The notes below the pieces were generated by a model that was not told the DNA's origin, made no database searches, and saw nothing but the letters and a program-made list of their open reading frames with translations. A stretch of DNA of 50,848 nucleotides, counting the filler, from Streblomastix strix (lineage: Eukaryota), in the NCBI GenBank assembly GCA_008636045.1. It is 3 parts of 3 records of this genome, joined end to end, with 100 filler letters (N's around TTAATTAATTAA, not from the genome) between each part and the next. Parts side by side here need not be neighbours in the genome. Positions count along the whole stretch, not along the records: positions 16,985 to 33,867 come from SNRW01000755.1; positions 33,968 to 50,848 come from SNRW01000756.1; 1 more part is not named here. One strand, 5' to 3'. A program made the translations under genes and the position numbers. How positions within the stretch are numbered: the first letter of the stretch is position 1; every line of letters starts with the position of its first letter. Below are positions 27,301 to 41,600 of the stretch, one piece after another.

Positions 27301-28473
27301 ATGAGCGGTGATATAGAGCATGTTTTTAAAATCTTGTTAGTCGGAGACTAGGGCGTTGGAAAATCTAATTTGCTGCTGCGTTTTGCTGATGATCTTTTTA
27401 CAGATAGTTATATAGCAACCATTGGAGTTGATTTTGTTTGCCAAAGCTTATTACTAATCTATATCAAAATTTATTTTTAATTGATGACAGAAATTTCGAA
27501 CTGTTGAGATTGATGGGAAGATGATAAAACTTCAGATATGGGATACTGCTGGATAAGAACGATTTCGTACTATTACTTATTCATATTATCGAGGAGCAGT
27601 TTGCTATCCTTCTTTTTTAATTTTTTTTTTAAACAATAAAATTATTCTTTCAGCACGGAATCGTTATTGTTTATGATTGTACTGACTAATTAACATTTCA
27701 CAAAGTTAGTACATGGATTTCTGATGCAGACAAGTATAAAATGAGCTTTATTAATTATTATTATTATTTTAATTGTAAATTATCTCACATATTTTTAATT
27801 ATATAATTTCACATATTTTTTATTATTTAAATTTGCATATACTATTTGTTAAGATATGTTAATGAAAATGTAGCTAAGCTTATGCTTGGGAATAAATGTG
27901 ATCTAGTTTAACGAAAGTAAGTTAGTGAAACAGATGCCAGAAGGTGCTATTATTCAATTAAAGCACTAAATTATTAAATTTTCATTTTTATATTTGTAAT
28001 TCTTTATTTATATATATTTTTTTAAAAAATGTAATTTTCATTTTAATAATTTAATTTGTTAATGCACATTTATTGTTTATATATATTTGTATTGACTTAG
28101 ATTTGCCAATCAGCAAAATGTCCTCTTTTTTGAAACATCAGCTAAAACAGGTAAAAATGTTGAACAAGGTTTTGTAAGGTTTGTTTTGTATTAAATCATT
28201 TTTATAAGAGAAAAATAAAACTATAAATTGTGTTCTTATTTAATTATCTACTTAATATTAATTTAATTGTAATGTATTTTGTCAATTTTATTTCCAAAAA
28301 TTAGTTTTATTTTCCTTTCTTATTTTACTTTATTTCACACACACAGATTAGCCTTAGAAATACTCAAAAAGCAGCTTTAATATCAACACCCAATTCAACC
28401 ACTTCCTTCAGCCATTCAGATCGCAACAGACGAAAAGGAGCTAAAATAGACTGAAAATGGCGGATGCTGCTGA
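27301..28473 (+). CDS. Rab1-like small GTPase, 6 exons
   Basis: [60 protein letters not shown] and a C-terminal GGCC prenylation motif; GT-AG introns. Confidence 0.95.
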
Positions 28474-28689
28474 TTATAAGAATAACTGTTAATTATAAAT
28501 CATTATTTGATTTTTGCGATAAAAAACAACTTTTTAATAATATATAATTAAGCAAGTGAAGGAGTTAATGTAGTAAATATGTTATTTTAATATCTATTTA
28601 TTTTGATTTTATAATTTGCGGTGTATTTAAATACAACAATATCTAAATAGGTTTGTTTCGTGTTGCTGATACATAAATTTTCTTTCTTC

Positions 28690-29132
28690 TCTATGGATAA
28701 ACTATAGGTGAAATAATAATAATATAATATTATAAATATAATAATTTGAAAAATATTAATTTAAATCAAATTTGCCATCAGTTGAAACACGGTTAATGAA
28801 AATCTTCATAGGTAAACCTCGAACAAGTTCATAAGTTCTACATCATTTGGCATTTATATAAAAATCTTTTACATTAATAATTTGTTATACCTTTTAATAT
28901 CGACAAAATAAATTTAATCTTCTTCCTCAGTGATATTGAGTATATATGGGTTGCCTGTTGCTGCATCGACTTTTGGTGCATAATCCAGTTTGTATGGACG
29001 TGCACGGAGCTCGTGTTTGGTCTCTGCTAGGTCAGTTCGTTGACCAAGACCTTCTTAATCCATACGTGCGTTGATCGTCGAGTAGAACAAGTTTATCGCT
29101 TCACTACGCCTGAAATTGTATTATTCTGCCAT
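28690..29132 (-). CDS. Small spliced hypothetical protein (3' end uncertain)
   Basis: GC-richer exon MAEQYNFRRSEAINLFYSTINARMDQEGLGQRTDLAETKHELRARPYKLDYAPKVDAATGNPYILN..., a GT-AG intron at ~28839-28889, then TYELVRGLPMKIFINRVSTD. Confidence 0.5.
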
Positions 29133-29494
29133 TCTTATGCAGGAAATTGATCTAAAAATAAATAGAGAAGAAAATAAGTAATTAATAATGAATCAATGTT
29201 TAAATATGCTATAAAGTTAACGTGTGAAGTGCTGCGAAGCGTTTTCAATTATATTTTATTTTGCCATTCCTAGATGGCTCGAATATAGGTAATAATATAT
29301 TTATATGTATTCATATTAATATTGTGATATATAGCAAATATTAAACTATCAGAAATAGTGAAGTATGTTTCTACAAACGATAGAAGTGATTTTATGATAA
29401 GAAATATAATTTAGGTAGTATGATATCAATGTTCTATAAAGAATGTTATTATTAGTTTAGTTGTATGTAAATGATAAATTTTGTCAATATTAGT

Positions 29495-29737
29495 TGTTAA
29501 AAATAATTTAAAATTATGTGGCTGTGGCTGCAGCAGCGGATCAAGTGAATTTTCTCATTCGCCGCTCAAGTGTATTTATATAGGTAGCCAAATTGATAAA
29601 TGAGCATAAATGTGCATATACATGAAAATTCAATACAGATAACAGATTAAAAGTACCTACAGCGAGCAGCGTGAACAAGGTAAGTTCCTTTTATGGCGAA
29701 TTTTTTCAACTCACCAATCGTGTTTCAAACCAGCTTC
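29495..29737 (-). ncRNA. Candidate structured ncRNA with some U1 snRNA-like motifs
   Basis: Intergenic GC-rich island with nested complementary segments. Minus strand has AACTTACCTT, TATGCAC and ATAATTTT in order. Confidence 0.35.
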
Positions 29738-29963
29738 TAATGTTTAATTTTAAATTTAAATAATATACATTTTTAGTTTGGATAAATATATTTCTCATAA
29801 ATCTCTTTACAAACAATTTCACTCTATATTCAACACATAACAAAATAAAATATGTGAATATTACGATATTAACACAAAATTAAAATACTGATGTGGATTA
29901 AATTTGAATCAACACATTATTATATTTGCGAGTATGAAAACTCTATCATAATTAATAGTATTT

Positions 29964-32900
29964 TCATTTCTTTGCTCTTTTTCTGTTCTTCTTCTAAGAA
30001 TACTTTTTACCTTCTTTATCTTTATGAAGTTTTTTATTAGATTTTATTTTAGATTTTCTTTTGAGTTTAAATGATGAAGATGATGTGGAAGACGAAGATG
30101 TTGAATTGGAATCAGATTCAGATCCAGAATCAGAATCAGAATCACTTGAAATTGATTTCTATTTACTCTGCTAATGAAATTTACAGAAGAATGGAGAAGT
30201 AGATGAAGAAGAAGTTTCTAATTATTTCATTCTTAATTCAAATGAAGTGGTTGAAATTTGAGATAATGATGTACTTTTATCTTCATCTTCTTCTTCAGGT
30301 GCATCATAAATTATTTAAGCTGAATTAATATTTACATTATTTCCATTATTTTACACATTTATTTTATTTTCATTATTCTCTACTTATTATTTCTATCTTA
30401 AATTCTTCTTTTCAACAATTTATTCAGATGATGAAGATTAATCAATAACACTTTTTTCATCTAATTTTTATGTTATTTAATTATCATTCTATTATTTGTT
30501 TTGTTTCTTTTATTCTTTTTCTTTTATTTTCTTAAGTAATTGATATTTATGAAATTCTTCTTTTTATTCAATTATTAGTAGTCTTTCTTTTAGTTTTAAT
30601 AATTCTTTTTCTTTCTCTAATTCTAATTCTTATTCTTTCTCAAATTCATTCTCTTATTCTTATTCTTATTCTGTCACTTTTATTTATTTTATTAATTTAA
30701 AGTCTTATTCTTTATCTTATTCTTTCTATTATTCTTATTCATTCTTTTATACTTTCTTTTATTTTTATTCTTTCTCTTATTCTTTCTATTATTCTTTTTT
30801 TTATTCTTATTCTTTCTCTTTCTCTTATTATTTTTCTTATTCTTTCTATTATTATTCTTTCTATTATTATTCTTTCTATTATTATTATTATTATTATTAT
30901 TTCTTTTCTTCTTTATATTAATTTTGATCATTCTCTACATTACAATATTCATCAATATCATTTTCAACATATTAATTTTCATTATCTTCTTCTTATTCTT
31001 CTTTATATCTATTAGCATTAATTATTTAATGATGTATAATTTCATTCTAACTATTTATTATGCAAGTCTTCAACTATTAATTGCATTTTTGAACTTATTA
31101 TTCAAGTTCTTTAATTTTTTTATGATGCTTAATTCTTTTTCTTCTTTAATAATTATTATATTGTTATGTTTTTGAATTATTTATTTAATAAATTTAATTT
31201 TAATTTTAATGAAGTGATTTATCAAGTTCAATAAACTCTTTCTTCTTCACTAAGTTTTCATTTTCTATTTCACTATTTAAAATTTCTTACTAATTTGTCT
31301 TCTATAATTCAACAAATGGTACTTTCTTTAGTTATTAAGTTGATTTTTGGATAGATTATGATTATTAAGGTTACTAAGATGCCGAAGAAGATAAAATTAT
31401 AGATTAAGATAATAAATTTGAAGATTATTAAGATTAATTAATAGATTAAGATTATATAGATGTAGAAGAAGAAGATGTTTAATTTATTGACTAAATAAAT
31501 TATGATTTATTTAATTATCCATTGTTTTAAGTGGAAGTATTTTAAATTATTTTTATCATTCTATTATTCAAATAATTATTTTTTTATGTTACTTTATCAC
31601 TTTCTTATTATGAAATGTTTTAAATGTTAGTTTATTTGTATAAAGTTGAATTATTGTTTTATTGTTAATTGTTTATGTTATTAATTTAACTATCAATATT
31701 ATGATCATTCTAATTTATCATTTCTGTATTACTTTCATTTGCTAAATCTTCTTCATTTTATTTTTGTTTTTATTTCTCAAATTTAATAATTTAATAAAAC
31801 AGAACAATAATGATAATAGCAGCAATAATTAAAAATGCTACTGTTAGTGCAATTACAGCTATTAATCCTTCAGGAATTAAAATGCGTTTCACTATCACAG
31901 GAAACCATTAAACATCTTCTTCATTGCCTTCTTCAACAATAGCCAAATCAAACTAATCTGGATTATTCAGAAAAGGTGTAAAACTTTATGGAAATGTTAC
32001 TGAGATCTTGTAAATTGCTTCCCAAATAACTCTCACGGATTAGTTTGTATCATATAATTTAACCTATGCTTTTACAATCTCTGAATATGTTCTGATTCTA
32101 AATATAATAATTAATTAATTAATGCATGGATTAAATCCTTTACCATCAATTTCTACTTTAACAATTTATTCTTCTTATTATTAAATTTCAACATAAATAT
32201 CATTAATCTCGAACTTTCCAGGTTTGATAATAGTGTAATTATTTAGTTATATTTCTATCTAACACAAATCTTCTTCTTTTCCATAAGCCCAAGCATTTCC
32301 AGTTAAATCAAAACTAGGAACAGAATTTGAAGATATGTGAACCTTTGTTTATTGATAAGTTGAATTGTTAATTCCTTTTTAGCATACAATATTTGTCTCA
32401 AGCCAATTATATATACTTCCTAAAAAAATATAAAATATAAGGAGGTTTTTAAATGGAATAAATGTTTTTTAAAACAACTTAATAAAAAAATGTTATATTT
32501 ATTTTATCAATTTAATCAAAAAAAAGTTATTTTTCTAACCTCTTCTAAATCCATTATTCTCTAGTTTACAATAACTATCAACAAATACTTCAGCAGAATT
32601 ACTGACAAGAAGCGCAGAATCTTCTAATTTGTTCAGAATTGAATTATTAATATTCACAACAACTGGCCCATATACAATAACTGCTGCATGATTAGAAAAG
32701 CTACAAATTTCATTTCCTGTTTTTTCTTCCCATTTACCATAATTAACATTATTACCTTAAATATGACTGTTAATTAGATAAATATTCCCTCTTTTGTTTG
32801 GTTCTAATAAATAATTGTAATATTAGTAAGAAATTGATATAAGAATAGCAGGAGATGAAAATCCAAATGAGCAATTTATAATTGTGATATTTCTTAATGT

Positions 32901-33318
32901 GATGTTAATTCCATTTTACATCTCTGTTGCTCTAATAATAATTGGTATTTCTTATGAATTAATAGATAAATCCTTAAAATTGCAATCAATTAATGATATT
33001 TCTGAGGAGTTTCGTATATCAATCAGAGGTGACTATCCAACCCATTGTTGTCCATCGATAGAGATTGATTCAAGTGAAAACTTACCGCCTGATTGAATGA
33101 TTATCAATGAATAAATGTTAAATACAATTAGGTAATTTCTAATTATGGAACAATTAAAGATTTGAAGGTGATCACTTTGATAAAAACTTGCAAGTTAACT
33201 CGAATATAAGTCTAACACAAGAGATTAAAAAATAAAGTTAATATGCTACTTTTCATTTGATTAGCCTGAAAGACGTAATATTGAACCAAATTATCCTGTC
33301 ACTATGATTGCACTATAA
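29964..33318 (-). CDS. Single-pass membrane/surface protein with beta-rich ectodomain and long Q/E/K/S-rich tail (5' exons unresolved)
   Basis: Long open frame (TAR=Gln) with one intron at ~32420-32539. Ectodomain has ISLIDCNFKDL/ITLRNITIINC-type repeats; TM helix PEGLIAVIALTVAFLIIAAIIIIVLFY at ~31795-31875; TGA at 29964-29966. Confidence 0.7.
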
Positions 33319-33867
33319 ACTAAATAAAATAAATAATGTAAAATTATTAAATAAAATAAGTTATTTTAAGTTTAAACCAGCGATTTTTTTAATTTTATAC
33401 TCGTAGTGGCAGCAACATTATTTTAGTGGCAGCAAGAAAATATTTTATATACAACATATTATTATATTGACATTAATAAAAAAAACTCAAAAAATATATT
33501 AAATTAATTTATTAAAAATATAGTCATTTTATTAATTAAAATTAAAATTAAACAAAAAATTTAAATCAAAAAAATAAATTGAAAAAATTTAATAATTTCA
33601 ATTAATATATGCATTTGGAATGGAGATACGAGTGATTCATGTATAATTATGTCGAAATGAAGTTCAGATTATTAATTATAATTATTATATACATTTAGAA
33701 TGTAAAATATTACTATTCATGTTTGATATTATTAATTTTTTAATGTATAAATTTGTTATTTGTTCATTCAATTATTCTTATAATATAAAAAAATAATATT
33801 ATTAAAAACAATTAAAAATTAATTAAATTATTTAATAAATTGATTTAATAAATTTAGAAAATATGTT

Positions 33868-33967
33868 NNNNNNNNNNNNNNNNNNNNNNNNNNNNNNNNN
33901 NNNNNNNNNNNTTAATTAATTAANNNNNNNNNNNNNNNNNNNNNNNNNNNNNNNNNNNNNNNNNNNN
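33868..33967. other. Artificial assembly spacer (44 N + TTAATTAATTAA + 44 N)
   Basis: Same 100-bp structure as 16885-16984. Confidence 0.95.
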
Positions 33968-34639
33968 ATTTGCCTATTTATTATATATTTCATTTCTATC
34001 ACTTACTTTCATTTCTTCATTGTCATCTTATTTGTTTTATTCTTATTCCTATTCTTTATCTTTATCTTTCACAAATTTTTTTTCTGTTAATTTTTTATTT
34101 TAATTTTTATCTTTTATTTTGGGAGTATTCAAAACATTCTAATTTTCCTTCTTTTATAATTTCTATTGAATTTGATAATTTTATTATTCTTGTTCATCAC
34201 CCTTTTCTAATTATTATTTATTTAATTATTCATCTACGACGTTTACTTCTTATTAAACTTGATTTTTTTCTTCTGAATAAAATGTTTATTATTTCTTTTT
34301 CTTTTTCTTGGGAGTTTATTTAGTTGGAGAATTATTTAAATTTTATTAAGTAGATTAATTTTGAACAAAAATAAATCTCGTTCCGTTCAAAATTTGCATT
34401 TAAAAGAATGAAGATGATTCTGGAATTGAAATGCCATCTTTTTACCCCATTGGGACTAGTAGAAATTAATAATTTCTTAATTTACTTTCTGAAATTTTAA
34501 ATCTTTAAGCAACATTTTGTATGAATGAACCTTTCTTCTCGAGAAACGGCTATAATGGCTAATCTATCGTGATATTTTCCCATTCGTGCAACTTATTATC
34601 TAAATTTATAATCCTGACACGAACAAACAACTTTGTCAT
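33968..34639 (-). CDS. Hypothetical protein, N-terminal part, running into the gap
   Basis: MTKLFVRVRIINLDNKLHEWENITIDQPLQPFLEKK, a phase-1 GT-AG intron, then VPMGQKDGISIPESS...followed by a K/E/Q-rich frame open to the gap. Confidence 0.45.
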
Positions 34640-35605
34640 TGCTATAATAATTGAAAAACGAGAAAATAATTAAAAAGACGAAAGAAAAATGAAAAATTCT
34701 TAAAAATAATTAAAAGCGTGAATACAAGATTAGAAGATTAATGTGAATTAATTAAAATTTTAATTAATATATATATTAATAATTAATTATGAATATTCAT
34801 TAAATTATATTTTAAATGATGTGGTTAGAACAGGAAAGCGAATTCAAATTAATAGCGCCAATTTACTAGAATAGATCCAAACAAAACGATTTTAAACTTA
34901 TTAATTACTGGAGAATTATATATATGAAAGGATAAAGAAGAGAAGAGCAAACCTAAACGGCTGATTACAGAATAACTCCAACCCCAATCTACCAATATTT
35001 TCTTAATGACTTTGCAAACAGCTCTACATCTGATAAATAATATGTAAAACAAGGGTAATTTCATCAAAGGAGTAGACAATGCCCTTCCTATATTATTAAT
35101 CCGCTCGTATTTTTCATTAGTAGCTTTGAAAATGCTACTGATTATTATTAAATAACAATTTAAATAACATATTTTTATTCCATTATCTTTAATATTTCCT
35201 TGATTGATTTTGAGAAAGGCGGATAAAACGTTTTTTTGTATTTTCTGTTTTTCTCTCTACTTTAGGTATACTTGAGCTTTTTGATAATTTCAAATCACTT
35301 TTATTATTATTTAACATTGTAATTCATGTGATTTTACTTATTTTACATCATTTTTAACGCTGAGACTAGCATTTATAATTTTTAACTTTAAACGTCTTTA
35401 TTTGCTTTTATTTACTGTAAAATGCGAATTTATATATATAATTCATAACAAAGATATGTCACACTATCATTTTTTATCAATACTTAACAATTTATAACAA
35501 TAGTAAAATGCAAAATTGCATAACAAAACTTAAACAATAAAAAATATGAAAATTTGTACATAATGTATATTATTTGTTTATTTGTTTACTTTTTTTAATA
35601 GGTTA

Positions 35606-38600
35606 ATGAACAGGAACGACAGGGATAATTCTCATAATAATCATTCTTCCAGCCACTCACATTAATCACACTCACATTAACACAATAATTATCATAGTCA
35701 TAGCCATAGCCATAATCAACATTAGGACAGTGATAGTGATTCATACCACGCACACCATCGCAGATCAAGAAGAGAGGAATAGATGCAGAGTCCAAATTTT
35801 GAGAATAAATGGAAGAAATAAGACAATAAAACAAATAAAGATGAAAACAAAAATTAATCTAATGAAAAATCATTGAAAAATGGTTCGTTTGAATAATCAG
35901 GAGATTTAAAAAGAAGAAAAATCACAGTTCCATCTTCATTTTCACCAATCTAGAATGATAAGAAAACAAACAATCTTCCAAAACCAGTGTTGTTTGAAGA
36001 AACTCTTTTAAAAGCAATCCCTAAAAATTAAGCATAACCAGTACCAAAACCAAAAGTAACCATTCCCAATAAAATTTCATTACCTTAATTAGTTCCATTA
36101 TTTGATTCAGATTCGGATGAAGAAACAGAAGATATGACAAATGAGTATTCATCGTCATCTGAACCATTTGAATAAGAAAATAAAATTGAACCAATTTCAG
36201 TTGGAGATGAAACTGGAAAGAATTAATAAATAAAACAAGATTTATTTTTCTATCACTACTTAGATGTTAGAGTTGCAACCAGAATAATGAGATTTCTATA
36301 TGAACAGCCAAATGTAATACAAATGGGATTAGAAGTTAAGAAAGGCCTATCTCATTAAGACTTAAAAGCTCCATATCCATTATATAAAGGGGATAGAGTT
36401 ATGTTATGTTTGGTTCATAAGAATAGATTGAATGATGCTGTTTAATGGAGATTTAATGAAGCGGGAAGATAAGGGAATAAATCATAGAATAAATCATCAA
36501 ATCAATTAAATGACATTAATTTTAAATAGAAAGAAAAAGATTTGAAAAATGGGAAAGATTTGAAAGATTCAAATAATAACTAAGATATGATTAATGCACT
36601 TGAATATTATTGGAGAAAGAAATAGTATATTTAAGTCATTAGTCTCCTAAGAGATGGGAAAATATTGGAAAAAGATGAAATTAGGACACAAGTTGATGAT
36701 GATATCACTGGAAGTATTATAAAGAAAGATAATTCATCATCAATTAACAATTATGATGAATAAATGAGAAAGAAATAGAAAGAATTAAGATAAATTAGAA
36801 AGAAAAGCGTATATCAGTGTGAAAACCTAACATATATACCTTATTCATACTTCCAACAATGTAATATTAATTAATAACAATAAACGGGACATCAGGCAGT
36901 TAGTGGTATAAAAACAGCCTCAAATGCTTCTAATATTAAAAATGATTAGAAATAGTTTAAAATCAATAACTTGCCAATAACTACATTTCATTCCAGTTAT
37001 TAATAAGGGAAATAATAATAGAATTTAAATTTAGCAGCAAAACCAACCAATTAAAACAAACCTGACAGTCACGTAAGTGTAAATGGCTGGGATTTTATGC
37101 ATTCATCAGCATTTCCTATTCACATATCAATTGCAATCAATAGTTAAGTTATTCTGGCATTTAAGAGTAATACATAAGGATATCCAAAGCCAGAAGCATT
37201 GCTTACTTGAATAGGTCCAATTGATATAACAAAAAATGTCATAAGGGGAATTACTTAGTCTGCAACTAATACAAATACAAATAATGATGATATTGATATT
37301 GTTAAGAATGAATAAAAATAGATTTCAGTATTAAATTCAAATTCAGAAAACATTAAAGCAAGTTTAGTTAAAGAAGATGATGTGATTAAAATGACATATG
37401 AATTTAGATAAGAAGATTCATTTGAAGATTTTATGATTTGTTTGGTCAAAGTGAGTGGATTTGATGAAAATGAAATAATTTAGGGAATTAAACACATAAG
37501 AAAGAAAGAAAGTGTTTAATCAATTGTTGCAAAGATGTTTGATGCAGATAATGAATAATAAAAATAATCAACAATTGCTCGTATTGCTTCTTAAAACTAA
37601 TCAAAGATGAGAAAGTATATAAACATATATTAATAGTTCATTTTTATTATTTTATTATATTATTCTGATAATATTTTATTATTTTATTATAATTCTGATA
37701 ATATTTTATTATTTTATTATTATTATTAATTAATTTCAGGAAAAGCAGAAGATTGATTGTTTGGAGAAGACGAAGATCAAAGCTCTAAAAAGAACTCAGT
37801 CATATTAAGCGTAAATTTGATGAGAAAGAATCTGAAAGATCATCTGAAATAGAGCAAAGGAAATAGAATAAAGAAAGAAAGAAATAAGAAAGAAAATATT
37901 AATAAGATAAAGAGAAGGATAAGGAGATTAAAGTTGATATTCCATTTTCTCCACTGGCTTCAAAATCAATTCAGAATAATTTATCATAATTTATGACAGA
38001 TGAGAATGAAGAGGAAGAAGAAGATTAATGGGGTTGGGGAATGGACTCAAATTAACAATTAAATGACATTTCATTATATCCAGATATCACTTCATCTTCA
38101 TCTACATCATCATCATCTTCTTCATCATCATCTGAAACTGATTTTACTTTCACATCTCCAACTTCATTCCATTAATCTTTATTACCAACATCATAAGCAT
38201 CATCTCCTTCCATTATGTAACAATCAGTATTTCAATCTGAATTCATATTCAATAATACACCATTTCATACACCCTAACTTTCTCCTTCATTATCTCCTTC
38301 TTCTCCTTCTTCTATTATATCTGATTCTGACTCTGATTCTGATATTGATTCTTCTTAATAGGAATCTCAATCTTCATCAAATGACAAATCTAATTCACAT
38401 TCACATTCACATTCACATTCTAAATAACATTCTCCAAAATAAAAGAAGAAATCAAATCCTAATAAATAATAATCACATCATTAAACTTCTATTACTCCTT
38501 CTTTATCTTCATCTTCATCTTCTTCATAGTCATCCTCCCCATCTGAATGGTCATGGACATATCTATCATCAATGGTATCTAATGATGATGATATTGGAGT

Positions 38601-41600
38601 TGATGATGATGAATATGAACAGGGAGTATTTGATATAAGAATGCTAGGAGATGGAATAAAGGATACTGATGGATAAGATTAGATTGATGGAATAAATTAA
38701 ATAGACAAGAATAACTTAGATAAGAAAGGGTATAATATCAATACTGGATTCAATTAATCAAATACTTCTCTTTACAATTCCAGTAATTAATTGAGTAATT
38801 AGAAATAACCTTCTTCATCAGCTTTATAACCTAATTAAAAGTAATAATAACAACAACAGCAACAATAACAATAATAAAATGGATAATTACTAAAACAATT
38901 AAGCGCTTCGCTTTCTGGCTAAATTATTTCACTCTCACTTAGATGTCCGATTACATTCACTCGTATGCATATTCCAGGAAGAGGAGTTAAATGTACTCAT
39001 TTGGCATGTTTTGATTTGGGTGCATTTTTGACACAGTCTGCACCAACAAGAGATTTCAGATGTCCACATTGCAGGAAATATATTCCACCTCAGGATCTAA
39101 GAATTGATGATTTATTTTAGTCTTTATTAAGTAGAAGAAAGAAAGTTAAGAAGAAGAGATCAGGAATACAATAATTAAATAAATAAGCAAATCAAAACAA
39201 TAGAAATTAAGCATTTTCAGATTTGTATGATGATGAAGATGATGATGAAGATGATGAAGAAGATGATGATGGAGAAGGAGACAGAGCAATATTTGTGCCA
39301 AGAAGAGAAAGAAAGGAGAAAAAGAAGAAGAAAATGATGATGAAAGATGAAAAAATCAAAAATAAAGGAAATGATAAATAGAAAAAGAGAAAGGAAAAGA
39401 AAAAAGAAAAAACAAAAGAGAAAGAATCACAAAAATAAGAAATGTAGAAAGATGATAATTAAAATGAATAAAATGATGCATCTAATGGCTTAAATTCTTC
39501 TTCATCATCATCCTCAATTGATAACATCATTTCACATAAACAAGAAAGAGCAAAACGAGCTTCAGAAAGAGAATAGAAAAGATAAGAAAGAAAATAAAAA
39601 ACATTGAAAACTATTAATTTATTAGAGAAACAGATAATGCATATTTCAATTGGAATAGAAAGGATGGAAGATATACAGAAGGAATAAGAAGAAAAATAAA
39701 GACAAATGAATAAGAGCGAGATGGAAGAAATAGTTGATACTTTATATGAGAGATTGTTCTTTACCACATTAATTGAGAAAGAAGGAGAGAATATTGTTGA
39801 ATAATTGTCCAAATAAAGGAAACAGAAAAGAGAAAGAAGAAGAAAGAAAAGAAGAATTGAATGGGGAATTGAACAACCAACAATTGAATAGGATGAAGAT
39901 TAAGTATAGAATTAAGATAATAATGGAGATGGATTAAATAGTGATGGAATGAATTAAAAGGGAAATAATGAATCTATCGACCTTTCTAATGAAGATAAGA
40001 AAAATAGCTCTAAAATAGAAAATCTCACTTCACCATCTTTGAAATAAACATCATTTTCAGCTTCATTGAAACAGTCGTCCAAATCAAATCAATCAAAACC
40101 AGTTATTATTAATTTAGATAGTGATGAAGATGAAGAAGATTAAGATGAAAGCAATAGTGAATAAGTGTAAGAATAAAAATAAGTATAAGAATAATAAGAT
40201 GATTATGATATTGAACTTGATAATGAAATTATAGATATATTGAATGATGATTATAGTTATAATAATAAAGATAAGGATAAGGATACGGATAATAGTAAAA
40301 AGAATGCTTGGAATATTGAAGGTAATGAAAATATTTCAAATTCTAATAACAAATCAAATAATAATAATTCTGCTGATAATGATAATACATCTGATAATAC
40401 AATAAGCAACCCATTTATATCTGAAAAGATTAGTGTTGCTCTTTCTCAATCATCGCGTTAATATCCCATCACATAACAGAATAATTAATCTCTATCACTT
40501 CCTTCTTCATTACTCTCATAAACATTTCTATAATAATTATAATCTAGTTCTTCATTATAAATTGTAAAGCCAAATCCAATAAATTCAAGTTCTTAATAAA
40601 ATACGTCATCATATAATTAATTACTTTAATAGGTTGGAAATGTATAGTAATAACAATAACAATAAATGTAATAATTTTAACAACCAAATTAATTTTATTA
40701 ATATGCAGATGGATAATAAAATAATAATGTTGGGATCTCTCCTAATTAATCTCAGATAAATCCATTCAATTCACAAGCTCAATCATATTCTTCATATTAA
40801 TCTTATTAAAATACAAATTATTTTACGTCTTATTTAACATAACCACCTCCAACTTCTTCTACTTCAATATTTAATCAAAGTTAAAATGCAAATAATTACA
40901 ATATTTCTCAATCTTATAATTAATAATAATAATAATAATAAGTTACATCTAATTAACCTGTTTATAATTCTTCTAATAGACAATAACATTAATAATATAA
41001 TAATAGTAATTCCAATTCAAATTAATAATCTCAAACATTTATTCCTCTTCCTAAGTTCAATTCAAAATAAATATAACCAAATAACAATTAATAAACTTAT
41101 TTACCTTCTTTATCAAATGAACCAACATAAATACCATAATATAATACAAATACAACACAATAACATCAACATGATGTTCCTTATGACGAAAATTAATCAT
41201 TATAAACGTATCTTTAATAAGTACAATAATAAAAGCAATAATAATAGTAATAACAATAACAGAAACAATAATAATTTTTATAAAAAAGAAAATTGAAACA
41301 ATAATAATTACTACAATAAAAACAATAACAAGAAGAAGAAGTCAAATCAAAAAAGAATGAGATTTAGAATTAAAAAGCGTAAGTGTCTAATTATAAATAG
41401 AACACAAATTCTAAATTTAATGATATTTAAAAATAAGAAGAACAAGAAAATTAGAAGAAACAGGCAGACAAATAATAAAAATAATTATATACTCCTCCAA
41501 ATGTAATAAACTAACCAAATTAATAATATAAACTAACTTCATCTTCTTCATCGCATCATTAGTTAATTAATAATTATTCAAAAGATTAGAATAGCAACGA

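Noticed and set aside
30924..31175. Hydrophobic plus-strand ORFs (also 33970-34323, and similar minus-strand ORFs over 39-49 kb)
   Set aside because: Antisense shadows of K/E/Q-rich real genes on the opposite strand.
33404..33443. Short tandem duplication TAGTGGCAGCAA x2
   Set aside because: Two copies only, with no further structure.
38063..38638. 191-aa His/Leu-rich ORF, the longest in the track
   Set aside because: Off-frame reading of the Ser-rich (TCA/TCT) region of the SP-RING gene.
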